Shown here in pieces: positions 31,517-47,619 of a DNA stretch of 124,000 nucleotides. Source of the stretch: Octopus vulgaris (Eukaryota). Every line of letters starts with the position of its first letter. Within the stretch, counting starts at the first letter, position 1. A program made the position numbers and the translations under genes. The notes beneath the pieces are model-generated. The model was not told the DNA's origin. It made no database searches and saw nothing but the letters and a program-made list of their open reading frames with translations. The DNA lies in the NCBI GenBank assembly GCA_951406725.2, contig OX597826.1:60160001-60284000 (forward strand), given 5' to 3'.

Positions 31517-31520
<4 letters not shown>
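31320..31520 (+). mobile_element. Short PLE-derived element with canonical-core hammerhead (31391-31425)
   Basis: TTT-CTGAAGA-A-GAGC(TTT)GCTC-GAAA-CGTT-AAA; (TA)n flanks. Confidence 0.6.
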
Positions 31521-31600
<80 letters not shown>

Positions 31601-31659
31601 GCGTATTTAAGTGTATATAAACTGAGAAAGGTTTATTTATATATATATATATATATACA

Positions 31660-31830
31660 TATAGTGAGAATTTATAGAAAGAAACAAAAGATGAAGACGG
31701 GTGTGTAAACAACGAACAAATGTCTTTGTTTAACGCTCGGTGAGAAAATCTTTTACGTTCCTAGCCTGCGCTCTTCGACAGAAAGAAACAGAATTAAACA
31801 GGGAGAGAAAATAAACATAAATGTTTAGTG
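31660..31830 (-). mobile_element. Short PLE-derived element, degenerate hammerhead (31750-31785)
   Basis: CTTT-CTGTCGA-AGAGC(GCAG)GCTA-GGAA-CGTA-AAAG. Confidence 0.5.
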
Positions 31831-32200
31831 GCTAGGGATTTATCATGCCAAATGCCAGACATAGGGATCACACAGGAGAGCAACGAAGAAGGGGAACTTA
31901 TAAAGTAGTGGTGATCCCAAAACTACAAGATGCAGGAGGAAAGCATGAGAAAAAGTTATGGCGAGAGAGTCAGCAGAAGTTTGTCATTACCTTCTGCCAG
32001 TGCCGCGTGGCGCTTAAGTGTTTCGCCCATAAAACCGAGATCCTTCGACCGCGAGTCTGCTGCTCTAACCATTAGGCCATGTGCCTCCACTATTAAAAAT
32101 GTATACATAATTGAATATCAATTGTCGTGATTAATAATAATTTCACGTATATTTCATCTAATGTCTCTTATTTTATCTAATGTCTTTTATTCACCACTCA

Positions 32201-32238
<38 letters not shown>

Positions 32239-32396
32239 TATATATTTCAAAGGAGCACCAGGCCTATCAACTACTTTAATTCGTAGAATAGCTTTACGTC
32301 ATGTTTTTCTAAAAAGATGTTCTATTTGGCCGCCAAGGGAACCATCAAGGAACAGGCGACTTTGGTAATTTTTGTTGTCATACCAAGTGTTGAACT

Positions 32397-32447
<51 letters not shown>

Positions 32448-32719
32448 GTTTTTGGAGTTGGCTTCCAAGATTCTTTATTTGAATTCGTGTGTTGAAGCAT
32501 CTTCTATTGTATATGGGGAGAGTCATTTTCTTTTTGTGCCTTATAATGTAACACACTCACCGGTAAAATTTCCACTTATTTCATATTTTTATTCTCCTGA
32601 AATTTTCGTTGCCTCTTGCGACCTTTTCAATATATATCTATATATGCGTGTGTGTGTGTGTATGTATGTATTTATAGATGTATGTGTGTATGCGTGTATA
32701 TGCATATATCTGTATGTAA

Positions 32720-32766
<47 letters not shown>

Positions 32767-33284
32767 GATTTGTGTATACATTCATACACATACATATTAT
32801 ATGTAATACGACGTGTGATATACATATATGTAATACGTGTTTGTGTGTGTATATTCTGTTAAGAGACCTTAGCAATCCTTAAATGATTATAACATACGCA
32901 ACTCTCACAACTGTTTAACAAGGTACTCCACAACGTCGCAGATCTTTAATCAAAGACAATGCGAAGGGTAGATGTCGGCCAAAGCCTAGCCCCAATATAT
33001 ATAATAGCATGCTCTGATATCGTTTTTGTCATATATTTTACTATTCTATATCTGTTGATATTCATTGCTTTCTTCCAAAAGAAAATCTTTTATTGCAACC
33101 ATATGTTTATCTTTGTTCCCTTGTCTTTTTTTTTTAAACTATACACTTTGTTTATTTCTTTTTTCTTCGAGATTGTTTTCTTCAAGTACATTTGGCAAAA
33201 CTCTTGAGCTCCACCATTTTTTGTTTATGTTATATTGTTCCTGTATATGTGTGTATGTGCCCTGGTGGCAAAATGAAAGAAAAT

Positions 33285-34300
<1,016 letters not shown>

Positions 34301-34588
34301 AAAAATACATGTTTCCCATGAAAGTCAGTACGATTGTTAGCTCACACGGACAGGGCAAATAAAAAATAACAAATACAGATTATTTTGGGACAATTGTTTC
34401 GCTATTAATGAATTAAATGTAATTTTACTTACAATAAAATCCACTTGTAGCTCTTCAGCCAAAACTATCTGGATGAAACAACCAGATACACGCACATGCA
34501 ATTTAATGCGTATGTATCTCTGGCACTATGTATCTATCTATACGAACGCACATAGATCATTATAAAGATAGAATGACAGATAGATAGT

Positions 34589-34631
<43 letters not shown>

Positions 34632-34670
34632 GTGGCTATATATATATATGTGTGTGTATATATATACAAC

Positions 34671-34730
<60 letters not shown>

Positions 34731-34895
34731 CATGTATATATGTATATACATGTGCAGGATCATGGTTCAGTGGTTAGAGCGTCGAGCTTACGATCGTGAG
34801 GTTGTGAGTTCGATTCCCGGACCGGGCTTGTGCCTCGGAGGGTAAATTTCTAGGTGCAATCCCATGGTTATTCATGACCGAAGGGGGTCTCCCAT

Positions 34896-34934
<39 letters not shown>

Positions 34935-35050
34935 TATATATACATATATACATATATATTTATATGTGTATAATACATATAGATACATGCACCAGAGAAA
35001 TGCAGATAAAGGAAGATAAAGAGACAGACAGACAGATAGATTGAGTGATT

Positions 35051-35095
<45 letters not shown>

Positions 35096-36201
35096 AAAAG
35101 ATAGATAGACAGATTTCTGTTTAGGAATTTATTACAAGCATCGCACCACTAATGGACATAAATACCAAGGATGTTTTAACATGCGTAAAGTTGATGCTAT
35201 TTATTCATAACCTAGACAACATATATTTTGCATTCCAGTAATGCAATGCATCTACTAACTTCTTATGCGTTGCACTCAGCTTCAGTTGCAAAATATATCT
35301 ACTCGTTCCGAAACATGATCCAACCTATTCAATACTGTTGCTTCAAGGTCATAATATGTTGTAACGTACCATAATATGATATAACTTTGTTCATCTGGTG
35401 ATGATATACGGGACTTACAGCCGATGGAATGAAGTAAATATTTATTTATCAAATATAGTCCTTCAGGCCCAATGTTAGTACAAGCTACCCATACAGTTTT
35501 AACTGGAGACTAAACAGAGAATTCACATGCCACATTTTCAACAAGACGTTTAATAATTCAATACCGGTTTAATAATTCAATGCCGGTTTTGTTACTACCA
35601 GTGACAGACAATAATGCAACATCTAGCTGTGGTTCTTATAAAGAAAACTGGACTTACAAACATTTCCTCTAACAAAAATCCTTTTAAGTTACTAAATGAG
35701 AACAGCATTCTATAATATTTACTAGAATATTTGAATTTTATAACAAACTCATATTTGCCCAAAATACAATTCCAGAATTTATCCCATACATTAGCCAACA
35801 AATAGTCGGTGTGACATATTAATTACACTCATTGAATTACTAAATCTAGTAGGTACTTTTCTTTTCGAAGCATTATACAACTTACTATGCATTATTATGT
35901 CTTCCACTGCCTCACATGTACTTCCCTCTTGCGTCCGAAACTAATAAGATCCCCTCACCACATTCATACGTACATACATACATACATACTGGAGTACTAG
36001 GTTTTTTTAGAAAATGCTTAAAGTCAGTTGGTACTACTAGTGGCTAGGGGCGAGTAGTACGCTCCCTAGCTCAAAGTGTATTTCAGACACAGATCGTGTG
36101 TCCATAACCAGCTGGAAATGCTCTTTTACTGGTGTTAAAAGGTAGTAACATGTTTCTACGTAGGACTGCCAACTTACGTTTGCAAATTCATATTGTATAT
36201 G

Positions 36202-36236
<35 letters not shown>

Positions 36237-36255
36237 TTGTGTGCATACACACAAA

Positions 36256-36301
<46 letters not shown>

Positions 36302-37191
36302 GATAGATAGATAGATAGATAAGTGTATATATATATATATATATACATACACTCATGCATACACTCATGCATACACTTACGTAAACCCGAATATTCCAGG
36401 TGTTATTTAGTTAGGCTTGTCCCGAACCGATATGGGCCGAAATATATCTAAGTATCTTAGGAAGTGTTCTATGTACCCTCATATATAAGCGTGTATGTAC
36501 AGAGATAGAAATATAAAGAGGCAGATATGTAGGTTTTCACATAAATTGACAGATATATGCATATCTGTTACATCTTTCACTTCAGGAATCAATATGCCAC
36601 AACTTTGTTTTGAAACCTTTAGGCATAATTCAAGATATATTTATTGAATATTAAAGTTACAGCTAATTAGTGAGTTTCTGTGTACTTCCATTAATGCTCT
36701 GCAAACAATAAAGTACTTCATTAAAAATCTTGGATCGGGAGAAACATACTTGGTAATGTGTAGCAATTATTTAAAGTACATACGTATTTCATTAGTAGCG
36801 AAGGAAACAGTGTGAATATCTGAAGGTAGTCTTTATATCCAACGTGGCATGGATGCTTGTTATAACATTGAGTTATTAAACTTGAAAGATTATCCAGTAT
36901 AGGCGATTGGTGCAGAAAATTGTAAACGTAGATTATAGTAGATGAGAAACATGACATAGGCATCGTAACTCCGCCACCTCATTTCGCATGATTTCACAGA
37001 CATATGTGTGTGTATATGAGTATCTTGGTGTAGGGTCGCGCTCACAACACGCACACACATACGCACACATGCACACATATGTGCTAGCAGCTGACCGTTT
37101 GTATGCACCTGTATATGAGCAATTAGATAATGATTAAAAGTACTAAAGACAGAATTATATTCTGTAAAACAGAGACGGATAGTAAACTATG

Positions 37192-37246
<55 letters not shown>

Positions 37247-37267
37247 ATGTACGTATGTATATACACC

Positions 37268-37321
<54 letters not shown>

Positions 37322-37367
37322 TACATATATACATACATATATATATAAATATATATAGACATATATT

Positions 37368-37405
<38 letters not shown>

Positions 37406-39148
37406 TATACATACATATATATGTGTGTGTGTGTGTGCATGTAATTATGTGTGTATATATGTATATGTATGTATGATATGACTATAACTTGCAACTGACT
37501 ATAAACCAAAGATGGATAAAAGAACTCTCATTCAGTTCATATTTGACCATTTAAGAGTGCAATAAACTTTGGTTTATGGCTTGGAAATTAGTGCTATAAC
37601 TAGGTGGATTTTGAAGGCAGTAAATCATTCTTGTATAAATATTTGTATTACGAACAGATGTGAGTTACAAAAGAGAAGGTATGTTTAATTATCACTTGTA
37701 TATAGATAGAAGAATTGTATGTCTCTCTCTTTGTCTCTCTCTCTCTCTCTCTCTTCTTTCAGTCTCTGCATACACACACGCGCGCGCGCCTATGTATATA
37801 TATATATATATAACAATGGATGGGTGGTGTATGTCTGTCTACCGGATTTACTACTGAAAGCTACTTCGTGTGTAAAATTTCCCGACGAATACAATAGAAG
37901 TGTTCCCGAGTCTCTAGCCGTTCTCTGAAGGGAGCTATTTGATCTTTTGCAAAATGTACAAAAAAGCATTTAAAAAATAAATGAAGATTGATAATTTTTT
38001 TGCCACTTCCAAATTAACAATAAATATATTTAGGGCCTTATTTGTCCCCCCCCTATTGCGTGTTAGGTTCATCTGGGACTTTCGACATGAAAGATCCATT
38101 TTCGTTATGAAAACACCTACATCCACTTTGTGTAGGCCCCTCAGGCTCTTTGGAGAATATTATAAAGCTGTGGGCCCTTGCAACTCAGGCTGTTGCAGTA
38201 ACTGTACAATATTCGAAATTCGAAGCTGCATATTTGTTACAATGTATTTGTAACGTATTATTGAAGATACTGATAGGTTTTTGTCAGAGATGGAAGGCAC
38301 ATCGAGGAGATTTCGATATTTCAACAATTATTATAATACTAGCAGAGATTCCCGGAGTTGCTCGGAATTATGTACAGATAACTGGAGGTTAAGTTGAAAA
38401 CAACATCCTAAAATATGTGGAATATACTTCCGTTGAAAGATGTTTTATGTGTGCCTGAACTATTGGCATCTCAACGTCAGCATATAACTTGAAACGAAAA
38501 TGAATAGTAAATATAGAAACTTTTGAAGCATCTTACGACACCTGATGAAACGTTGCATTTAGTGTCATTACATTGTTCTCCATCAACTACGATACAGTGC
38601 AGAATGATGGCGAAACGATTACTGTGTTAATAAATGCATCTAATTACACTCCGTCTTCCATATTAATCATATAAAATATACTCTACGTGCACCTCAGAAT
38701 TCCGGACGTAGATCCGACGAAGAACGCACAGTATCGCCCATGACACCTGGTAACCATAAGTGGTGAATGTGCTCTGCAGGCACACTACCTAAGACTTACT
38801 CTGAAACAATGTTGGATACTGAATTTAGTACCTAATTTCTAAACTTAACATACAGATACGCACATATGCATATATGTAAGTATGTAATTATGCGTGAACA
38901 ATCTCAAGATTAATCCGCCGAAATTGCGAGGATGATACGGTTCTTGACTGAAGATAAAAGGCTTCGAATGACCCGTCCGTGCTTTTTTTTTGTATTGTCT
39001 ATCTGGATGTTTTTTTGTCCCATTTTGTATCTCCTAGTTGTCCGGAGATTTTGTGTTCTTGCCCCATTTTGTATTTTATTTTATGTATATATATATATAT
39101 ATATATATAGCAGCGTACGTACACTTTGTTCTCTTATATGTATGTATG

Positions 39149-39182
<34 letters not shown>

Positions 39183-39374
39183 TGCATGCGTGTATATGCG
39201 TGAAATCACTTGCATACATGTATACATGGACATGATATCACATAATGATGGTCGATTAATATTTTCAATATCCTAAGTTATTTGCAATAAATGTGGTTGC
39301 TCCAATCTTAGTTAACCGCGCTTAAAATGTGTACCATAAGTATGAAAACCCTTAAACCCCTGCGTATATATATA

Positions 39375-39543
39375 TATATTTTCTCTCCTTCTTTCTGTGT
39401 TTTTCTCTCTCTGTGTATCTTTCTGTTGAAGAGCGTAGGCTCGAAACGTTAAAGACTTGTTTTATTTATATTTCCTGAGCGCCATACTAATACAATTGTT
39501 CGTTTGTTTTCCACCTGTCTTCGTCTTTTGTTTATTTTCATAA

Positions 39544-39545
<2 letters not shown>
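39375..39545 (+). mobile_element. Short PLE-derived element with hammerhead-like motif (39419-39454)
   Basis: Near-identical to 5385-5585; (TA)n flanks. Confidence 0.7.
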
Positions 39546-39584
<39 letters not shown>

Positions 39585-40099
39585 TACATATATACATATA
39601 TACATATATACATATATACATATATATACACACACACACACATATATATATATACATATATATGAGTGTGTGTGGGTGCGTGTGTATTGTGTATATCTAT
39701 ATGTGTAGGTGTACAAGTGAGTATATACCTTCATTAAGACAGAGAGAGGGGGAAAGAGAGAGCGAAAACTCAAGAACTACGGATCTACTTCCAAACTATC
39801 AAAATTCCATTGTGAAGAGAATGTCTCATGAGATACGTTAGAAAGGCCTCGTCAGGAGAATGGTTATACAGTTACAGAGAAAATAGTCGTTTTGGGTTGT
39901 TTTTTTTTTTAAATTGAAAATACCAAAGTCATATTAGCCTCGTGTTGACAAGAAAACGATTGGATTTTTGATAGAAACTCTAAGAATCTAAAGATTGACA
40001 TGCCATTGGGAATAACCGATATATAAGACTAACAGGCTTATATGTGTGTATTTAGCGCATAGACACATACATGCAGACATACAACCACACGCACATATG

Positions 40100-40181
<82 letters not shown>

Positions 40182-40315
40182 TATATACATATACATATAT
40201 ATATATATATGTACATGTAATCAAATACACATATATTTATAGATATATATGTGTATGTACATATATAATATATATCTATCTCTCTTTCTATTTATCAATC
40301 AGTCAATCACTAAAT

Positions 40316-40368
<53 letters not shown>

Positions 40369-40390
40369 TATATATATGTATATACATAAT

Positions 40391-41138
40391 CAAAACATTC
40401 AAACACTGAGATTTGAAATCAGATGTCAGTACTGTTCATATAACCTGTGGATTAATTTTAAAATTGATATCACCAGCCGTGACATAGGTGGATCGCAGGC
40501 GCAATAGCATTACATAGCTATGAATTATAACATTTGTACGAAGCGTAATGATGCTTAACAAGCATCCACCTGCTAGAAATGAGAGCTAAAGTCGTTAAAT
40601 TTATCCACTGTACCGCACCAAGATAATAGAGAAAAATCAGTATACGAGGAAAACAGAAAGAATTAAGACATTTAACAGCACAAAATAAAAATATTTTGGA
40701 ATTAGGGATATCCAGAAACCAGGATTCGGCTTTTGGTTATTTAAAGACTGAGCCTCATCAGGGTGGCCTACCGGGTAATAATCCATAACTCTTTAGTTAA
40801 ACTCTGACTGTGCAACTGGTTTTGATTTGTACCAAAACCAGAGCACATGGTGCATAAAAATTTATAAGCAAAACATTCAAACACTGAGATTTGAAATCAG
40901 ATGTCAGTACTGTTCATATAACCTGTGGATTAATTTTAAAATTGATATCACCAGCCGTGACATAGGTGGATCGCAGGCGCAATAGCATTACATAGCTATG
41001 AATTATAACATTTGTACGAAGCGTAATGATGCTTAACAAGCATCCACCTGCTAGAAATGAGAGCTAAAGTCGTTAAATTTATCCACTGTACCGCACCAAG
41101 ATAATAGAGAAAAATCAGTATACGAGGAAAACAGAAAG

Positions 41139-41140
<2 letters not shown>
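40391..41140. repeat. Identical 272-bp direct repeats (40391-40662, 40869-41140) around a 206-bp spacer
   Basis: Read directly; (TA)n on both sides. Confidence 0.9.
40719..40775 (-). ncRNA. Degenerate type III hammerhead-like motif
   Basis: CCCGGTA-GG(CCA)CC-CTGATGA-GGCT...AGCC-GAAT-CCTGG; A15.1 is replaced by U, with one further stem III mismatch. Confidence 0.35.
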
Positions 41141-41221
<81 letters not shown>

Positions 41222-41695
41222 AGAGAGACTGTATACGTACATTCGTACGTATACGCATATGTACATTTTTATGTATTTGTGTGAGTGTATATGAATGTCT
41301 GTGCGCTTGTGTGAATGTTCAGTAAAAAATATATTATTCTTTAACTAGAATATTATTACATTATTAAGAATAACTTCGATGTTTCTCCTTGCGTAGGTCA
41401 ACATCAGACTGTGATAAATTTGAATACGTCTTGCCTTCACATTCTCACGTTTAAAATAAAATGTTCTAGTGCGGAGGAGATCTGGTGAGTGATAATTAAG
41501 TAGTAGGCTAAATTGTTACTGAGAAGTGTAATTGAATCCATTCGATGATATAATTTGGACCAAGGATGTTGATCTTCGTAATCATGCGTATCTGTGCGTG
41601 TCAGCTGACGCATTTAAACATTGAAACAGAACAGTGACGGTTTAACTGCCTGAAACATTGAAGTCACTGCATACACTGTTCTTCGGGAATTTTAC

Positions 41696-41746
<51 letters not shown>

Positions 41747-42277
41747 AGCATTAGGTTCCTTGGAAGAAAGCAACGTATGTTTGTTCTAGATTGAAGAAGG
41801 TAGGTGTGACACCATTGCTTTGAAAACACCCTACGAATCACCGCTTGTCACAATTCTATTCTGATAAACTTTTATTTGACAGAGATGGACATGAAAACCG
41901 TCTGAGGTAGAACTTCTGAATGAGTGGTTTGGAGACACTGAAACGATGGTGGGTGTGACATGGGTCCTCGACATCTTATCTTTGGTGGGTTTCCATGGGG
42001 ACTTCGCGAATTGGCTGGAGACCACTGAAATAAGAGTATCGTATCTAAAAGAAGACTATAATTTGTAGTTCTCAAAAATTAACATTTCTCATGAGAGTCT
42101 CAAAAGTTCGAGAAAACACTGCATATACCCAAACATGCATACACATAAGTGTATTTATGTATGCAGAGTTTATATGCACTGTTCACAATGAACCGTATCC
42201 GCTGTAAATGTCTGTTTCTTAAATGTCAAAATGTCAATCACATCCTGGAGAGTATGTATGTATATATACATTCCTGC

Positions 42278-42342
<65 letters not shown>

Positions 42343-42347
<5 letters not shown>

Positions 42348-42545
42348 ACAATCAGGAACGGCCATAATAGGCCATTCACCCACTATATCAACCGCAAATA
42401 TTTGCGGTTGAATATAGTGGGTATATTATGGCCGTTATGATTGTTGATGTTGAACTTAAAAATGGTCTATGACTATTTAATTTTTTCCTACTAGGCCGCT
42501 GGTGGCAAAGAATTCTACAAAATTTTTTTTTGCCACCCTATATTG

Positions 42546-42550
<5 letters not shown>
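42343..42550 (-). mobile_element. Same family as 107650-108399, with an internal foldback
   Basis: Shared hairpin end and GGAACGGCCATAATAG segment; palindrome centred on CAACCGCAAATATTTGCGGTTG. Confidence 0.7.
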
Positions 42551-42634
<84 letters not shown>

Positions 42635-42641
<7 letters not shown>

Positions 42642-42821
42642 AGATCGTTAGCTACTACACACATTCTTTTCTCTCCTTGTTTTTTTCTGTGTACCTTTCT
42701 GTAGAAGAGCGTAGGCTCGAAACGTAAAATACTTTTTCTATTCCTGAGCGCTATACTAATACATCTGTTAGTTTGTACACCACCTGCCTTCGTCTTGTGT
42801 TTATTTTCTTAAACTTACCTT

Positions 42822-42825
<4 letters not shown>
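42635..42825 (+). mobile_element. Short PLE-derived element with hammerhead-like motif (42695-42730)
   Basis: TTT-CTGTAGA-AGAGC(GTAG)GCTC-GAAA-CGTA-AAA; (TA)n flanks. Confidence 0.65.
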
Positions 42826-42862
<37 letters not shown>

Positions 42863-42946
42863 ATGTATATATATACATATATACATATATTCATATATAC
42901 ATATATATACATATATACATATATATGCATATATATATGTATATAG

Positions 42947-42985
<39 letters not shown>

Positions 42986-44185
42986 CATAGGTATATATAT
43001 GTAAATATGTCTGTATGTGTAAGAGGCTAAGTAACCATCTATGGGTTATTAAATATCCAATATACTACTTAGTTGCCTTAAATATGTATATACACGTATA
43101 TGATTATTATGAGGTGTGGACGTGTATGTTATTCATACGTAAACATCCAACACAACTGATTCTAATATACTCACGGCTTCGTCAGTTATATCATTTAATT
43201 GCATGAAATATATAAAAAGAGATATACGTAGCAGGGCCGTACCAAGTGACTATTTGTCTACCTACAATGGGTCAGTGATTACACTTACTTCCTACCAACC
43301 CAGAATACTGAACCAATTGAAACAGCGAGTAATTACGTGATTTACTGTTAGTGGCAGTTTGAATACAAATGCTGATCTTTGACCATTATAGAAGGAATGA
43401 CTAATTGCAAGACTACATCATTGATATTCACTGTATCCAGTCGCGTTTCAGCAGATTCATTTGTCTCAATGAATGAAAGCCACGCAAATGAGTGAGCGGA
43501 GTCTGAATGACAAAATTATTAATCCGTATTATGACATGCATTTCGTTGATATAATTTTCTGCGACCGTGTACAATATTTTCACATAAACTTAGATAAACT
43601 TAGATATGTTTCGACCAAAGATTGGTCCAGGCCATGTCTAACTTAATAGCACCACCTGATAGGATTATTCGAATCCTGTTTAAGTCAAGTTTTGTTTAAG
43701 TCAAGTTTTGTTCAAGTAGTGAGTTCTTGTTGGGTGAGTTGTATCCAATTATGGGTGGCTTATCTGGTATTCTTTGAAGGAATCTATCCAGACTCTGTTT
43801 AAAGTTGATGGGATCCTTTTCCTCTTTGATCTCCCTCGGGACATTGTAATAACACAGTATTTTTTTTTCTATATTTTAATTATATAGAAATTTTAAATAC
43901 ATGTAAAGAATATTCTGACTTTAAACAATGAGTATTATCAGTTGAAATATACACCAAAACAAATGTGTTGATTAAGCATTTATTTTTAAAGACAGATCGA
44001 GAAGAGGGATGATTGCGTCCGTGACAATTTTATGGGCGTTCGAGGCTAATGGTAGAAAATGAGAGACTTTAGTTAGGCTTCACGGGCAAAATGGCAGAGT
44101 AAAACACTGAGACAGATTATCGATCTACCTACCTGCCTACATGCCTCCCTACTTGCCTATATACATACATAAGTAAATAATACAT

Positions 44186-44217
<32 letters not shown>

Positions 44218-45529
44218 GTATACACTCTCCATGCAGCTAATGTAATAGTAGACAAATTTCCAGGCCTCTACGAAATTATTAGTAAATAGATAAATTCGAT
44301 AAAGAAAGAAAAACAAATTACGGTAAGCAAATTTCCCTTAAAAAAAACTGACTTAAAATAAGCAAAAATATACATATATCTAAACGCAACTCTAGACAAT
44401 AAATTTAAAGTAAATAGACATTAGGTACCATAGCAGACAAAAAAGAAATAAAAAAAACAAGTGACAGAAAAAATAACAACAACCAATAGCTGTAAAAGAA
44501 GAACTAATCAATACCCCCTCAACAACCGGTCTCTGTCCTCCTACATCAACGAATATAAACGAATAATCACTTAGAGTTGTAACACATTTTACCTGAAGTT
44601 CGCAGCAGCGTGAAACGTAAATCGCGAGACAAATAAACTGTCTAAACAGATTACACGCTCACATATACATATACACGTATATCTACAAACGTTTAAACTT
44701 CGGTGCGCATATGTATGTCTGCACACACACACACGCATATATACATATATATATATGTATGTATATATATATGTGTACATAGGTGCACACACACAAAAAC
44801 GCACGCACGCATATATGCATATATGTATGTATATACGTACATATGTACACATACACACACATACGCACATAGGTTTGTTTCAACTGTTGAACAATGTCCG
44901 AAGCTTTCGTTCATTGCAGCTCAGTGCTCAAAATTCCTGGTTTTTATCTCGTTTATGTAACTTTTCAGCGAAATGAAAAACATATATATGTACACATGTA
45001 TGCACGTTATTGGGTGTATCACGTGTGTGTTTGGGGTATGTATGCGTGTGTGCGAGCTGTGTGTTCATTCTGTGTTTGTTTGTGTTATTGTATTGTGAAG
45101 TATTTTGTCTTTCATGAAAAAACGCACACGCACACACACGCACGCACACGCATACACACACACGCAATATATATACAGTTACGTATGCATACGCAAGTAC
45201 ACACACGTAGATACGAACTTTCCAGTACACACACACGAACGTACGAACACTTAAATTCAGGATCACACGCACAAGGGACCAGTAAATGCCCACGCCTACG
45301 GATGTCAGATCAGCGCTCTGATAATGTAGGACTTACTTCTCCTATGCATTCATGTTTACCGATACAAACCGAGGATATGGAGGCATCGTCAAGTAAACCA
45401 GAAATCAATTCAAGGTGGACTCAAGGGTATCATTGTAGTATTTGCAGAATAAAAATCAAAAACTTTTCGAAAATTGTAAACTGAGGTAAACAAAATTAAT
45501 GAACGTTTAAGTTGGCTTGCTTGCATATA

Positions 45530-45736
45530 GTCTTTTACTCTTTTGCTTGTTTCAGTCCTTTGACTGTGACCATGCTGGAGCACCGCCTCTGGTCGAACAA
45601 ATCGACCCCGGGACGTATTCTTTGTAAGCCTAGTACTTATTCGATCGGTCTCTTTTGCCGAACCGCTGATTACGGGGATGTAAACACACCACCATCAATT
45701 GTCAAGCGATGCTGGGGAACAGACACTGACACATAA

Positions 45737-45802
<66 letters not shown>

Positions 45803-45962
45803 GACGGGCTTCTTTCAGTTTCCGTCTAACAAATCCACTCACAAGGCTTTGGTCGGCCCGAGGCTATAGTAGAAGACACTTGCACGAGATGCCACACAGT
45901 GGTTCTAAATGCGGAACCACGTGGTGGGTAAGCAAGCTACTTATCTCACAGCCACTCCTACG
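45530..45962 (-). mobile_element. SINE family B
   Basis: Matches the family B consensus. Confidence 0.85.
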
Positions 45963-46862
45963 TCTTTATATTGAGATATGAATATAAAATCATGTGTGTG
46001 GAGAACAACCTCACTTGAAACTGGAAGTGTTTTATGACAATCTGGCCAGTAAATCCATTATATACGCACACGTGTCTCATAAGCGTCTATCATTAATTGC
46101 CGGTAAGCTATTTTGATGCTAGTTTCTTGTCTGCTTTCTCTGAAGAGCAAACCAACATTCTGTTTTCTTGGAAACAGAAATAGAGAGAAGGCAGCAAGGC
46201 TTCTTTGTTGTAGCGCGCAGAGCGTCAAGTGTGTCCACGGATAATGAATTACCGTCACATTGTTCTGCTTCCGCAGCCACTAGTAACGGTTTCCAAGCCG
46301 ATGGAAGTAAGGAAGGTGAAATATCGTCAGGAGCAGTCATAATTTTACATGAATTCATTCAGCTACATGATTTGTTCATGCACCGTTGAAGTGCCGCGAG
46401 TACACAAGTGCTGACGTTTTGGATTTGCCATACATTTTGAATGCCATCCTGATCACAGTAAACAATATTTGGAGCAGGACATCTGTAATTTTAGCGCTAA
46501 CGGTGGTCATACTTGGTAATGAATCTACAACCACTCTATATTGGATATAAGCATAAAGTGAAGTTATGATATAGGAATGGGAAAAACTCATATTGTCAAA
46601 GACAGAAACATAGTGAGTTTCTTGACAGCCGACCGAGACAACAACAAAGTACACAACAATGAGAATATCATATAGAAGCTAATATATATAAACATGGTGA
46701 ATAAACAGGGTAAATAAAGGAAACGATGTTTAACAGCCAATTATGTCATCAGAGATGTATTGAGATGACGACGACGGTGAGGTGTACGTTATGTTGTATT
46801 GCTTCGTAATTGTCTCCTCATCCATCATATTAGGAAATTGATTAGTTGTGTAAAGAACTACA

Positions 46863-46901
<39 letters not shown>

Positions 46902-46917
46902 ATACATACACAGAAAC

Positions 46918-46967
<50 letters not shown>

Positions 46968-47566
46968 ATGTGTGTGAGTTGGAAATATAGCAATTTTGAC
47001 AGATTAGATCTAATAACCTAACTTTTGCTCATTTACAAAGAACAGAAAGCTGGCATGCGAGAAATTACTTCACAAAGTGACAAACACATTTACAAGGAAA
47101 AGAAAAAAAGTCCAAGAACAAACTTAAAAAGCTTGGAAGATAAACTACACAAAAAACAACTACCAAATACTATGCGTGGTTCTCGTAATGTTTCTTCGAC
47201 TTCAAATTTCTCACTTGAAGTTTGACAACACTAAAAATTGAAAACAATGACAATTAGGTATTCAACGGTTTTTCATTTACAAACGTATGCTTGGTTTTCA
47301 AACAATGTTATGTTTAATTTATTATAATTTCATTAACATCACCAAGTAGGGTCGATGTAAATGATGAAATAACACCAAGTGACATTACATACATCACAAA
47401 CAGCGTCGGATTCCATAAATGATTTTCTTTCTCTGTAATTCTTTAACGTTTCCATACGCTCATAAGTTCTTACTTTGGTAGACGAAGATCTGTAAATAAC
47501 TTCATAAAAATTACAGGTGGCTGGGCGGGCTAAGAAGCTTGGTTTGCAAACCCATGGTTTTGCGTT

Positions 47567-47619
<53 letters not shown>

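Noticed and set aside
34757-34830. tRNA-like sequence
   Set aside because: The acceptor and anticodon stems do not pair; it is a SINE head, not a tRNA gene.
45270-45484. YHCSIC motif resembling a C2H2 zinc finger start
   Set aside because: No downstream His pair or linker.
46119-46654. Cys-containing short ORFs (CPAPNIVYCDQDG..., MNSCKIMTAP...)
   Set aside because: Separated by stops, no recognisable domain; compatible with chance or decayed sequence.
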